Of a stretch of DNA of 64,000 nt, positions 1-9,688 are shown in pieces. Positions within the stretch are counted from its first letter, which is position 1. The number at the start of each line of letters is the position of its first letter. The stretch lies in assembly GCA_018898455.1 (NCBI GenBank), contig JAHIJO010000152.1, forward strand, positions 2,737-66,736, read 5' to 3'. The stretch is from Verrucomicrobiota bacterium (lineage in GTDB: Bacteria; Verrucomicrobiota; Kiritimatiellia; JAAZAB01). The position numbers and the translations under genes were made by a program. Below the pieces are notes generated by a model that searched no databases, was not told the DNA's origin, and saw nothing but the letters and a program-made list of their open reading frames with translations.

Positions 1-1175
1 AAACAGACGTTATCGCAATTATTGGCGCCGGCAAAGGCGGGACCGCGATTCTTGAAACACTGCTGAAAATGCCAAGTGTTTTCATCAAGCATGTTTGCGA
101 CGTTAATCCTTCCGCTCCGGGAATTACCCTGGCCCGACAGCACGGGATTCAATGCCACACGCAAATGACCGAAATCTGTCAAGATAAAGAAGTTGATTCG
201 ATTTTTGAAGTAACCGGCCGCAAAGAAATATTCGCCCAGATCCTTGCGAACAAGCAGGAAAACACAAGGGTTATCGGATCGGAGGACGCCCGAATTATTT
301 TCCACTTGCTCGATTTACAGCAGGAAGTCTCCGACCGCCTGGAAGATAATAACCTTATTCTCGAACGCCGCGTATTGGAAAGAACAATGGAGCTTGAAAA
401 AGCCAATACGGAACTTGAAAAGAAAATAATTGAATATGAAAAACTCAACGAAAAACTTCTTCTGATCAACAACGAAAAAACGAAGTATCTCATGCATGCC
501 ACGCATCAGCTGAAAGCGCCGTTCGCCGCCATCCAGAGTTATGCCGATTTAATTCTAGACGGTTATGCCGGTAAAATTCCGCGGATGACTCTGGATATCA
601 TTAAAAAAATCAAGGAACGCTGTTTATTGCTGACCGATGCCATCCAGGACATGCTGGAACTGGCCAATTTGAGATCCCTTGTCAGAGAAAACATTAAAAT
701 GGAACTTTACCCGCTTGATAGCATCATTACCTCCGTGGCCAATCACATGGCCGAACTGGCCGCTTCACGGAAAGTGCTGTTATCTGTCCCGGCAACAGGT
801 GATATCATGGTAAAGTGCAATAAAAATCAGATTCTTATTATGCTTTCCAACCTGCTTGAAAACGCCATTTACTACTCACCCAGCGGAGCCACCGCAACCA
901 TTGCTATTAAAGAAGACCCGAATTCATCGGTCAGAATATCCATTATTGATTATGGTATTGGCATTGACGAGAAATATCAAAGCCGTATTTTTGACGAATA
1001 TTTTCGGGCCAATCAGGCCGTTGAAGTTAATGAACGCGGCACCGGTCTGGGGTTAGCCATTGTCAAGGAAATAGCTCAGGTCCACGAAACCAACATTGAA
1101 GTGGAAAGCGTCCCGGGAAAGGGTTCCGTTTTTTCGTTTCATTTGAAAACGGCTCAAAAACACAAGGATGACTGA
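1..1175 (+). CDS. Sensor histidine kinase, 5'-partial (frame 3 continues upstream of the window). N-terminal Rex/CoA-binding-like Rossmann region, HisKA and HATPase_c domains.
   Basis: The frame is open from position 3 and the listed ATG at 69 is internal. A GAGKGG Rossmann motif precedes a coiled coil. The H-box is HATHQLKAPFAAIQSYADLIL and the G2 box is GTGLGLAIVKEIAQ. Confidence 0.8.
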   Translation, partial: TDVIAIIGAGKGGTAILETLLKMPSVFIKHVCDVNPSAPGITLARQHGIQCHTQMTEICQDKEVDSIFEVTGRKEIFAQILANKQENTRVIGSEDARIIFHLLDLQQEVSDRLEDNNLILERRVLERTMELEKANTELEKKIIEYEKLNEKLLLINNEKTKYLMHATHQLKAPFAAIQSYADLILDGYAGKIPRMTLDIIKKIKERCLLLTDAIQDMLELANLRSLVRENIKMELYPLDSIITSVANHMAELAASRKVLLSVPATGDIMVKCNKNQILIMLSNLLENAIYYSPSGATATIAIKEDPNSSVRISIIDYGIGIDEKYQSRIFDEYFRANQAVEVNERGTGLGLAIVKEIAQVHETNIEVESVPGKGSVFSFHLKTAQKHKDD

Positions 1176-2059
1176 CGATCCAACCCCAAGGAAGGCGGGA
1201 TCGTCGGCGTCGCACCGGGTTGCGAGCAAACATGCGCGGCCAGGCGGTTGGCCGTTTCATGGATCCGCTCATTATCCAAGCCTCTCAGCAGGCCCATCAC
1301 CATGCCCGCGGTAAACGCGTCGCCGGCGCCCACCGTGTCCGCAACCTTGACCCGAACGCCCGAATGCGTCAAGGCGCCCTCCGGGACGACCAACACACTC
1401 CCCTGTGCACCCCGGGTCAACGCCACCAGCCGAAGCCGGTATCGGGACCGGAGGGTCTTCATAACCTGTTCGTCCTCGCCATTCACCGCGAGCAGACGCG
1501 CAACGACCGGCAATTCCTCATCGCTGATCTTGAGGATATTCGAGAGCGACAGCGTGTCCTGGATGATTTCCCGGTTGAAAAATTCCTGACGAAGATTCAC
1601 ATCAAATACCCGGAGACAGGACGGAGGCGTAGCCGCGAGGAACGCGCGGATCGTTTTCCGGGAGACCTCCGAACGCTGGGCCAGCGAGCCATAGCAGACC
1701 GCATCCGTTTTCGACGCCAGGTCCCGCAGAGCCTCGGACCAGGGTATAAAATCCCAGGCAACATGCTCATGGATTATATATCGGGGCTTACCGTCCGCGT
1801 CCACTTTTACATCCACGGTTCCGGTCGGATGCGAGCCATCCACCGCCAGTCCGTGACGGTCAAGCTTCAAGGCATCCAGACGCGCGCCGATTTCCAATCC
1901 CGCCGGATCGTCACCCACACAACTGACCACGCATCCGGCGGCGCCGAGCGCCGTCGCGTGATAGACAAAGTTTGCGGGGGCGCCGCCCAACTGTTTTCCA
2001 CCGGGCAGACAATCCCACAGGATCTCACCGATACCGACCACGGTGGGACGTTGTTTCAT
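1154..2059 (-). CDS. PfkB-family carbohydrate kinase (ribokinase/fructokinase-like)
   Basis: GGAPANF and DTVGAGDAF motifs typical of the PfkB family. Start chosen at the internal Met (MKQRPTVVGIGE), which gives about 300 aa. The stop overlaps the convergent kinase gene by 22 bp. Confidence 0.75.
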   Translation of the reverse strand: MKQRPTVVGIGEILWDCLPGGKQLGGAPANFVYHATALGAAGCVVSCVGDDPAGLEIGARLDALKLDRHGLAVDGSHPTGTVDVKVDADGKPRYIIHEHVAWDFIPWSEALRDLASKTDAVCYGSLAQRSEVSRKTIRAFLAATPPSCLRVFDVNLRQEFFNREIIQDTLSLSNILKISDEELPVVARLLAVNGEDEQVMKTLRSRYRLRLVALTRGAQGSVLVVPEGALTHSGVRVKVADTVGAGDAFTAGMVMGLLRGLDNERIHETANRLAAHVCSQPGATPTIPPSLGLDRQSSLCF

Positions 2060-2111
2060 AAAGAACCTATGGGACTTCATGCCGGTTCGGGAAGCAGCCT
2101 TAGTCGCGCAT

Positions 2112-2741
2112 CTAAAAACCAGCCGCCAGGGCCTTGGCTTCGGCAATGACCGCATCCCGTTTCTGCGCCGCGATCTCGGGGCCGCCCTGGAGGGTCGGCT
2201 GAACAATCAGCGAACGGATATTGGTGAATCCGATAAACCCAAACACCATCTCAAGGTAGCGCTGTTGAAAATCAACCGTTTGGGCATCGGGACTGGAGTA
2301 ATCACCTCCACGGGCATAGATAATCAGCATCGGTTTTCCCGATACCAAACCCTTATAACCTTCGGCAGGGCTGAAAGAAAACGTGTACGTCGGCTGAATC
2401 AACACATCCAGATACTGTTTCAAGCGATACGGAATGCCGAAATTCCACATCGGCACCGCGAGCACGTATTTATCGGCGGCCTTGAATGTTTGAATCACTG
2501 ATTCCACGGCTTTCCAAACCTTCAGTTCCCCGGCAGAATGCTCCGTCCCATGCATGATGGTGTACTTGGCCGTGACCGCCAAGCCGTCAAATGCCGGAAG
2601 GCGGGCACGGAACACATCAATCGTCTTGACCCGATCTTGGGGATGCGCCTGCCGGTAGGCTTCAATAAACGCATCGGCCACCTGGCCGGAATACGAACGG
2701 TCCGTCCGGGGCGATGCTTGAATATACAGCAAGGCGCTCAT
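2112..2741 (-). CDS. azoR: FMN-dependent NADH-azoreductase
   Basis: Colinear similarity to AzoR/AcpD across the length (SPR..S.S, PMWNFGIPY..LK.Y.D, GKP.LII..RGG). Start at MSALLYIQASPR. Confidence 0.8.
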   Translation of the reverse strand: MSALLYIQASPRTDRSYSGQVADAFIEAYRQAHPQDRVKTIDVFRARLPAFDGLAVTAKYTIMHGTEHSAGELKVWKAVESVIQTFKAADKYVLAVPMWNFGIPYRLKQYLDVLIQPTYTFSFSPAEGYKGLVSGKPMLIIYARGGDYSSPDAQTVDFQQRYLEMVFGFIGFTNIRSLIVQPTLQGGPEIAAQKRDAVIAEAKALAAGF

Positions 2742-2743
2742 GA

Positions 2744-2932
2744 CTAGGATTCGATTTCGATGCATTCAACCGGGCAATTGTCGGCCGCTTCCTGACAGGT
2801 CTTGACGGCATCCTGAGGAACTTCCGCGACTTTCACAATCGCCAGCGAATCATCAATTTCAAACACATCCGGGCAGGTATCCGCGCAAAGCCCGCATCCC
2901 GTACAGGTATCCTTGTCCACTGTGACTTTCAT
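2744..2932 (-). CDS. Small [4Fe-4S]/[3Fe-4S] ferredoxin
   Basis: 62 aa. The CTGCGLCADTCP ... CPVECI cysteine pattern matches short single-cluster ferredoxins. Confidence 0.8.
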   Translation of the reverse strand: MKVTVDKDTCTGCGLCADTCPDVFEIDDSLAIVKVAEVPQDAVKTCQEAADNCPVECIEIES

Positions 2933-3179
2933 GTGATTCCTCCTTGCAATAAGGGACTATGGATTGGATTGATGGCGGCAATTTATCGGTTTTCTTGTCA
3001 TCTGACAAACAAAAAAAGAGATCCTTCTCAAAACCACTTTTCCCTTTTAACGGGGAACGGATTTGGCACATTATATGAAGGGCAGGCGGCCTGTCCTGAG
3101 CATTGTCAAGGGCCTCGACCACCAGGGGCGCGGCGATGGAGTCCATGCCAAGCGCAGGACACGATTTTCCGGGTTGTTA

Positions 3180-3617
3180 TCAGGATGGCCGGGTGGCCAT
3201 GGCCGGCGAACATTTCTTTAGCACGGCCTGCGGATCGACTTGGAACTGAAGGGCCTTGATGTTGTCCTTCCCGAAGCGCTCTTGCAGGCGGGCCAGCATG
3301 GACACGCGCTCATAGCGGATCAGTTCATTGAGCCAGACGGCGCTATCCACCGCAACCAGGAGCGTGTTCCGATCCAATCGGACGGGTTGAGTATGCCGGG
3401 CGATTGTCGGTCCGACGAGGCTATCCCAGGCCTGTTCCATCTGGCGCCAAGTGCATCGATTTCCGGCATTCATCATAGAAAACACATCCATGATGGTTTG
3501 GCGAATGGAGCAATCCGGATCGGGCGGCGCCGGTTCCGGATCTGTAAGGCGCAGACGCTCCCGGTCTTGTTGCCAACGGGATTTATCGTAATGCTTCCAA
3601 CGGGTCATTTGCTGCAC
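3180..3617 (-). CDS. DUF721 (DciA-like) domain protein
   Basis: The C-terminal LLVAVDSAVWLNELIRYERVSMLARLQERFG block resembles the DUF721 family. No other motifs. Confidence 0.45.
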   Translation of the reverse strand: MQQMTRWKHYDKSRWQQDRERLRLTDPEPAPPDPDCSIRQTIMDVFSMMNAGNRCTWRQMEQAWDSLVGPTIARHTQPVRLDRNTLLVAVDSAVWLNELIRYERVSMLARLQERFGKDNIKALQFQVDPQAVLKKCSPAMATRPS

Positions 3618-3839
3618 TTGGCGCCCCCAAAGCAGGGCGGAATGTCCGGATCAATGTAGGGGTTATGCTTGCCCTTCGGCTTCGCTCAGGCACTTGATCC
3701 TGTCGAAAGGCTGAACCCCCATTCCGATCCGGTGCGCAGCCACGCGAAACGCGTGGCAAGCAAGTTCATCACGCCCCAAGGCATGGCAGCGCCCCCTACA
3801 ATAAAATTTCCTATTAGGGTAATAGATTCAATCTATTAG

Positions 3840-5591
3840 TCAGGGGGTTTTCCTATCCGGTTTCGGCGCATTGAGCACAGCCGCGCCGCCCAGATCCCCC
3901 AAGCGGGCTTTTTCCAGGTCCGTCCAGAGCGTCCCCTGTCCGGCGTGGAGAATATTGATTTTCAGATCGGCGCGCAGGTGGCTGGCAAACTCCCAAAGAC
4001 TGAACGCGGCCGGATCGCCAAACGCCTTGGCCTTCAACAACTGCCCATTGGCTTTTTCCCCTTCCACCATCTCAATGATCTTGGCGTCCGCCTCACCAAG
4101 CTTGCGCGTCTTTTCCGCGCGACTGGACGCGGTATCCTTGTCGATTTCCGCGACCTGCTTGAGGGCTGTTGCCCGGATTTCCGCCATTTGTTTCTCCTGG
4201 TCCGCCTTGATCTCCGCCTTCAGGCGCTCGGTTTCCTGCATCACCTGTTCCCGGCGCTGTTCGATGAGCCCCAGCTCGGTATTCAGGTCCGCCTGTTTCC
4301 TGGCCGTGTTCTGCATCTCCTTGTTGGTCAAATCCTGCTCGGCGGCAATACTGGCCTGCTGGATGGGATCCAGAATCTGCATGGGCACGCCAACATGCCG
4401 GATCAATGCGTTATGCACGATGATTTGCTTTTCCTTCAGGGTGTTGGCCAGGCTTTCCGTCAAGTCGTTCTGGAATTTTTCGCGGCCCTCGCCCACGATA
4501 AAATCCTTGGCCCGGTAGGCGGAGCCCTTGAGGCGCGAAATGGAAAGAATCTGGGGTAGGATGATCTTGTCCACCACGGCCGGCAGGTCGCCGTAACTGC
4601 GAAATACCCACGCGATCGCTTCCGGAAGCAATTCCACTTCGACGGTCATGTCCAGGCTGATGTCGAACCCGTCGCGCGATGGGAATTCGACAAACTGGTT
4701 CAAGGCAAATGTGGCTATCGAGTCATCCTGTTTTGGTTTTCCCGGTGAGGGTATTTTCGACCCCTTCCCTGCCTTCGACGCCGCAAGAGCAGAACCGGCC
4801 AAGGATTTCCGCAGTCCCTTGCCCAATTTTTCGACATCTGCACTCTGGTTCTGGCTCAGATAGCCTTCCCGTTTCTGACGCTGAGCCTGCAGAACGTTCT
4901 GCTGGAGATCATCAGTCGCCTTACTTTGAGTGGCAATCTGGCGTTTGGTGATCACCTCACTGCCCAGGGGCCCCAGTAAAGAAACCTGATTCACACCGAC
5001 TTCAAGCACATCAATGGTGTATTCCTTCGGATTGACATAATAAAACCCGGGCTGAAGCACATCCTGGCGCACGCCTTTCTGTCGGGACTCGGCAAACTTG
5101 CCGGATGGCGCCTGTTCCCCGGAAAGCGAGGTCATCACCCCCACGTATCCCACCGGGATATTCACGGCATCCATGATGTCGATCCGATATCCTTGGGGGT
5201 TCAGCCGGTACTTGCCGGGACCCAGCACCCGGCGCCAAATTCCTTTCTGGCCGGGCTCGGCCAGGAATTCGCCGGGCGGGAGTTCTGCGCCCACCTTGGA
5301 GGTCACAATCACCACTTTGCCTGGCGGAATCACCGTCACCGGAAGGATATCCCGCTCGTAAAAAATTGGATTCCGGAAATGGCGTCCCTCGCCCAGGACA
5401 TCTTCCTGGACGCCTTTCTGGCCTTTCTTTGCCAGGATTTCGCCCGGCGGCAGGGGGGCGCCGTTCTTGGCGGTGATCACCGCCATCTCATCGGGATCGA
5501 TGTAAAACCGACAGAACCCCCACTGCCAGACCAACCAAAGTCCGCCGACAATCATCACAATCCATATTAGAATGCTGATAGCGTTTTTCAT
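3840..5591 (-). CDS. SPFH/band-7 (flotillin-like) membrane protein with three N-terminal ~55-aa repeats
   Basis: N-terminal TM helix, then a 3x repeat (PGE[IF]LA..GQKG[VI]...VL.PG.Y..NP), then an SPFH-like core and a long coiled coil. The gene pair with 5591..7126 shares stop/start at 5591. Confidence 0.7.
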   Translation of the reverse strand: MKNAISILIWIVMIVGGLWLVWQWGFCRFYIDPDEMAVITAKNGAPLPPGEILAKKGQKGVQEDVLGEGRHFRNPIFYERDILPVTVIPPGKVVIVTSKVGAELPPGEFLAEPGQKGIWRRVLGPGKYRLNPQGYRIDIMDAVNIPVGYVGVMTSLSGEQAPSGKFAESRQKGVRQDVLQPGFYYVNPKEYTIDVLEVGVNQVSLLGPLGSEVITKRQIATQSKATDDLQQNVLQAQRQKREGYLSQNQSADVEKLGKGLRKSLAGSALAASKAGKGSKIPSPGKPKQDDSIATFALNQFVEFPSRDGFDISLDMTVEVELLPEAIAWVFRSYGDLPAVVDKIILPQILSISRLKGSAYRAKDFIVGEGREKFQNDLTESLANTLKEKQIIVHNALIRHVGVPMQILDPIQQASIAAEQDLTNKEMQNTARKQADLNTELGLIEQRREQVMQETERLKAEIKADQEKQMAEIRATALKQVAEIDKDTASSRAEKTRKLGEADAKIIEMVEGEKANGQLLKAKAFGDPAAFSLWEFASHLRADLKINILHAGQGTLWTDLEKARLGDLGGAAVLNAPKPDRKTP

Positions 5592-7126
5592 TACTGGACC
5601 TCCTTGGGCAGGAAGGGAGTGAAGATGGCACCAAGCCCTTCCGCTTGATCACCGCTGAGCACTGAATGAATGCGGGGCGCCACGCGCTGGTAAAAGATAT
5701 ATCGCGAGAAATTCATGCCAGTGCCGAACGCCTTGGCCTGCTCGGCAAAAACGTCGGCTTGCGCCTTGTTGTTCAATCGGATCACGTCCCGTTCCGCCTC
5801 GGCCTTCAAAAGCACAGCCTGGGCCTGGAAAGAGGCGGCCTGGCTTTCCAGCTTGGCCACTTCCAGCTCCTTATTGGCGGAAATCACTCGAACCGCTTGG
5901 TCCTGCTGGGCCTCGATGACCGCCCGAATCCGGGAGGTGTCCGCCGCCACTTTTTCCTTGTTCTGGACCGCGAGCATTTCCTGCTTGGTCAATTCAGCCT
6001 TGGATTTGGCCTGCTCGATCTGCTGTTCAAACTTCCTGGCATTCTGCACCGCCACCTCGCGATCCCGGATGATGCTGGCGATTTCCTGCGGCGCAATGAT
6101 ATTGCGGATCAGCACCGACTTGATGGCCACGCCCCATATTTTGCACTGGGACCGCAGGTGTTCTTCCAGGTTGTTCTGAAATTTCTGGCGCGTCTCGCCC
6201 ACGATGTACGCAATGGCCGGATTCTTACTCCCTTCAATCCGGCTGAATCCGCGCGCGCGGGGCAGGATAACCTTCTTAACGATGTCGTCCATGTCCCCGA
6301 CCCTATGGGTCACGAGCGCCGCCTGCTCCCGAAGCAGGGCGAATTCCAGCGTACCTTCCACGTTGACCGTAAAGCCATCCATGGTCAGGAAACTGATGGC
6401 ATCGTCGCCGCTCATTTCAAACCGCTGACTCTGCAGGTTGACTTCCACCACGCTGACCATATAGGGGTTCAAGTAATAGGTTCCGGGATCCAGCACCTCC
6501 GGCAGAACACCTTTCATCCCCGGCTCGACCAGGAAAGTGTTGCGTTTTTCAGCCGGCACATCGTTATTCAACGCATCTTGGCCAATTTGCGACATGACCA
6601 CGCCCACTGATCCGGCGCGGATGGTGATGGCATCGAACAACCGGATATCATAGGCATAGGGATTTATCCGATACTTGCCGGGACGAAGCACCTCGGCGAC
6701 AATCCCCTTGTAGCCGTCTTCGGCGATGATCTTGCCCGGCAGCAGATCTTTACCATACAGCCGGATCTTCACCCCCACCTGGCCCGCTGGAATATCCTTG
6801 ATCTTAGCGTATTTCCACCCCCAGGAATACGGATTGCGGAAATACCGGCCTTCAGCCAGCACGTCCATCTGGATTCCCTTTTGGCCTGGTTCCGTCGCCA
6901 GAATCTGGCCGGACGGCAGGTCCTTGCCAGTTTTATGAATCAGGACGGCCAGCGTCCCGGGTCCCGGTTCAATCCGGCAGAAGAACCAGAACCAGAGCGG
7001 TAAAATAACCAGCAACACAATCACCGCCAGGGCCCCCATCGGTAAACGGGGTGCAAGGGCGGATATCCGGCCCACCAGCGCCGGTGCTGGTGGCGGCGCC
7101 ACACGGTCATAATTACTTTCTCTCAT
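5591..7126 (-). CDS. SPFH/band-7 (flotillin-like) membrane protein, paralog of the downstream gene
   Basis: Same architecture as 3840..5591: TM, 3 repeats (GQKGIQ.DVL.EGRYFRNP, GYKGIVAEVLRPGKYRINP, GMKGVLPEVLDPGTYYLNP), SPFH core, coiled coil. Confidence 0.7.
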   Translation of the reverse strand: MRESNYDRVAPPPAPALVGRISALAPRLPMGALAVIVLLVILPLWFWFFCRIEPGPGTLAVLIHKTGKDLPSGQILATEPGQKGIQMDVLAEGRYFRNPYSWGWKYAKIKDIPAGQVGVKIRLYGKDLLPGKIIAEDGYKGIVAEVLRPGKYRINPYAYDIRLFDAITIRAGSVGVVMSQIGQDALNNDVPAEKRNTFLVEPGMKGVLPEVLDPGTYYLNPYMVSVVEVNLQSQRFEMSGDDAISFLTMDGFTVNVEGTLEFALLREQAALVTHRVGDMDDIVKKVILPRARGFSRIEGSKNPAIAYIVGETRQKFQNNLEEHLRSQCKIWGVAIKSVLIRNIIAPQEIASIIRDREVAVQNARKFEQQIEQAKSKAELTKQEMLAVQNKEKVAADTSRIRAVIEAQQDQAVRVISANKELEVAKLESQAASFQAQAVLLKAEAERDVIRLNNKAQADVFAEQAKAFGTGMNFSRYIFYQRVAPRIHSVLSGDQAEGLGAIFTPFLPKEVQ

Positions 7127-7195
7127 AAGCCGGCCTTTCTTTTTAAACCGATTCCCGAATTGACAGCATTGCGCTAATTAAGCAAACTCTATACC

Positions 7196-7753
7196 ATGAA
7201 ATGGGTTAAGACAAGTTCATTCCCACATCCTATTCTGCGCCGTACCATCATTGTCTGCCTGGCCGCCATCCTGCTGACCTGGGGTTTGTTTTACTGGCGC
7301 ATCCACGCATACGACAGCGCCATCGCCGAGGCCAGCCGGCTTTATGGGGTGGATGCGCGGCTGATCCGGGCAGTTATTTGGAAAGAAAGCCGGTTTAGCT
7401 CAAAACGCGTAGGGAAAATTGGCGAAATCGGACTGATGCAGGTGACCCGGGATGCGGCCAAGGAATGGGCGGAAGCCAACCAGGAAAAGACCTTCGTGCT
7501 GAACGACCTGTTCCGGCCCGAGATTAATATCCGGGCCGGAACCTGGTACCTTGGCCGAGCCATCCGGTACTGGTCCGCCAAATCCAACCCGCTTCCCTAC
7601 GCCCTAGCCGAATACAACGCCGGGCGCTCCAACACCCTGCGCTGGGCGGCCGCCGACAAGGGCGACGCCAAGCAATTCTGGAACGACATCACGTATCCCA
7701 CTACCCGCCGATACATTCACGACATCCTCATTTACTACCGCGGATATCGCTGA
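7196..7753 (+). CDS. Lytic transglycosylase (SLT domain, GH23)
   Basis: ESRF..., GLMQV and AEYNAG motifs of the soluble lytic murein transglycosylase catalytic domain. N-terminal TM/signal anchor. Confidence 0.8.
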   Translation: MKWVKTSSFPHPILRRTIIVCLAAILLTWGLFYWRIHAYDSAIAEASRLYGVDARLIRAVIWKESRFSSKRVGKIGEIGLMQVTRDAAKEWAEANQEKTFVLNDLFRPEINIRAGTWYLGRAIRYWSAKSNPLPYALAEYNAGRSNTLRWAAADKGDAKQFWNDITYPTTRRYIHDILIYYRGYR

Positions 7754-9593
7754 ATTGCAGGTTATACAGGCGCCGATAGATTCCATCCCGTTCCAACAGC
7801 GCGGCATGCGTTCCCGATTCCACGATCTGTCCACGCTCCAGCACGAGGATAGTGTTACAATGCATGATCGTCGATAGCCGGTGAGCGATGGCAAAGACCG
7901 TGCGTCCTTCCATCAAATCATCCAGCGCCCCTTGAACCAGGCGCTCGGATTCGGTATCCAAAGCGCTGGTGGCTTCATCCAAGATGAGAATCGGCGGATT
8001 GCGGAGAATAGCCCGGGCAATCGCCAGTCGCTGACATTGTCCACCCGACAGCCGCACGCCCCGCTCCCCAATAACGGTTTCATACCCATCCGGCATCTTG
8101 ATAATGAACTCATGGGCATTGGCCCGGCGCGCGGCTTCTTCAACGATCTGATGCGGAGCGTCGGTGTGACCATAGGCAATATTCGCCGCCACCGTGTCGT
8201 TGAACAGGATGGTATCCTGGGTCACCATGCCGATCTGCTGGCGAAGGGATCTCAGCGTATATTGCCGGATATCTGTGCCGTTCACGAGGAGCTGTCCGGC
8301 CGTAACGTCATAAAAACGCAGAATCAGATTGACCAGCGTCGTCTTGCCGGCGCCCGAACTACCGACAAGTGCCACCCGCTGGCCTGCCGCCACGGTAAAA
8401 TCTATATCATGGAGCACCCGATGCGCCTCGTAGGCGAAGCTGACCTTGGCAAACCGGATGTTTTCAATGACGCCTTGAAATGGGATGGCGTCAGGACGGT
8501 CGAAAATAAGGATGGGGGTGTCCAGCAATTCGAATATCCGGTCGGCCGAGGCCGAGGTCTGCTGGATATTCAGATGAACTTTACTCAACTTTTTTACCGG
8601 CTCATAAAGCGCCATCATGGCAATGGCGAAGGTAATAAAATTTTTAGCCGGCATATTGGTCCAACTAGCGTACACCAACACAATCACCAGTCCGATCATT
8701 GAAATAAAAACAATCGTCGGTTCGATGGCCGCCTTATCCCGGGCCACGCGCATAATCCGGTTAAAAAAAATCTGGCATTGATCGAAAAACCGGCCCACCT
8801 CATATGTTTCCATGCCAAATGCCTTGACAATGCGGATGCCGACCATTGTTTCCTGCATGATGGACACCAGTGAGGCCATGCGCTCCTGGCCATGCCTGGC
8901 ATATCTCCGGACGCGGCGACCGAAGATCGCAATGGGGATAATGCAGATCGGGAACAGGATCAGTCCCGCCAGCGCCAGTCTGGCATCCAGAGAAAACAGC
9001 ACCCAGACCGTTCCGATCAACGCAAACGGCTGCTGGACCAGGTCGCCGATCACGACCGAAACAGCCCGCTCGATCATCATGGAATCATTAATTGTGCGGG
9101 AGATTAATTCACCCGTTTTACTCTTGGAAAAAAAACGCGCCGATAGATCCTGAAGATGGGCAAAAGTCCTGATACGGATATCCATCACAACCCGATTGCC
9201 CACCCACTGAATATGGTAATCGCTTAGAAACTGGCCCAGACTCTTAAATAACGCAAACACCAGGAAAAGCATCGCCGTAAACAGCATCTGACATTGATTG
9301 GCATTAAAATAGTGTCCGAAAAAACCGTACACCCCATCCTTTACGTGCTGCAGCACCCGCGATATGAAAAGACTGCCGGAATTCAAGGTGTTCCCAAGGC
9401 CATCGGAAGGCACCAAATCTCCGAACACACATCCCAGCATGTCATTTGCGCTGAAAAGAAGACCGGAAATGGAAATGCCGGCTAAGGCGCCGCACAGACT
9501 GCCCGCGATCAACCGGACCAGATAGGGCCGGGTATAGCCGATCAGCCGGCGGTAGCTCAACCATTGCTTTGGAAAAACATCCCACTTAGGCAT
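7728..9593 (-). CDS. msbA: ABC transporter permease/ATPase, MsbA-like lipid exporter
   Basis: Six-TM N-terminal domain plus a C-terminal ABC ATPase (GSSGAGKTT Walker A, LSGGQCQRLAIARA signature, ILILDEATSALD Walker B). Start at MPKWDVF (9593) rather than the upstream Met. The 3' end overlaps the convergent slt gene by 26 bp. Confidence 0.8.
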   Translation of the reverse strand: MPKWDVFPKQWLSYRRLIGYTRPYLVRLIAGSLCGALAGISISGLLFSANDMLGCVFGDLVPSDGLGNTLNSGSLFISRVLQHVKDGVYGFFGHYFNANQCQMLFTAMLFLVFALFKSLGQFLSDYHIQWVGNRVVMDIRIRTFAHLQDLSARFFSKSKTGELISRTINDSMMIERAVSVVIGDLVQQPFALIGTVWVLFSLDARLALAGLILFPICIIPIAIFGRRVRRYARHGQERMASLVSIMQETMVGIRIVKAFGMETYEVGRFFDQCQIFFNRIMRVARDKAAIEPTIVFISMIGLVIVLVYASWTNMPAKNFITFAIAMMALYEPVKKLSKVHLNIQQTSASADRIFELLDTPILIFDRPDAIPFQGVIENIRFAKVSFAYEAHRVLHDIDFTVAAGQRVALVGSSGAGKTTLVNLILRFYDVTAGQLLVNGTDIRQYTLRSLRQQIGMVTQDTILFNDTVAANIAYGHTDAPHQIVEEAARRANAHEFIIKMPDGYETVIGERGVRLSGGQCQRLAIARAILRNPPILILDEATSALDTESERLVQGALDDLMEGRTVFAIAHRLSTIMHCNTILVLERGQIVESGTHAALLERDGIYRRLYNLQFSDIRGSK

Positions 9594-9688
9594 CGAAAAT
9601 TTCCCTTGCACATATCGAACGGACGAACTTAACTGTTGCCGACCAGTCAACCGGCAAATTGACTTCGGTCTTCCTGGGCGGACTCGGG

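Noticed and set aside
1220-2149. 309-aa ORF antisense to the PfkB kinase gene, plus similar long antisense ORFs at 3945..4559, 5666..6610, 7881..8702, 11898..12833, 12984..13643, 22558..23364, 24655..25170, 38374..39252 and 59768..61282
   Set aside because: These are shadow ORFs typical of high-GC DNA. They have R/G/P-rich low-complexity translations and no motifs, and each is fully embedded opposite a well-supported gene.
3739-3760. Hairpin gccacgcgaaacgcgtggc as a rho-independent terminator for the SPFH operon
   Set aside because: No U-tract follows it on either strand. It is better explained as one copy of the dispersed hairpin repeat.
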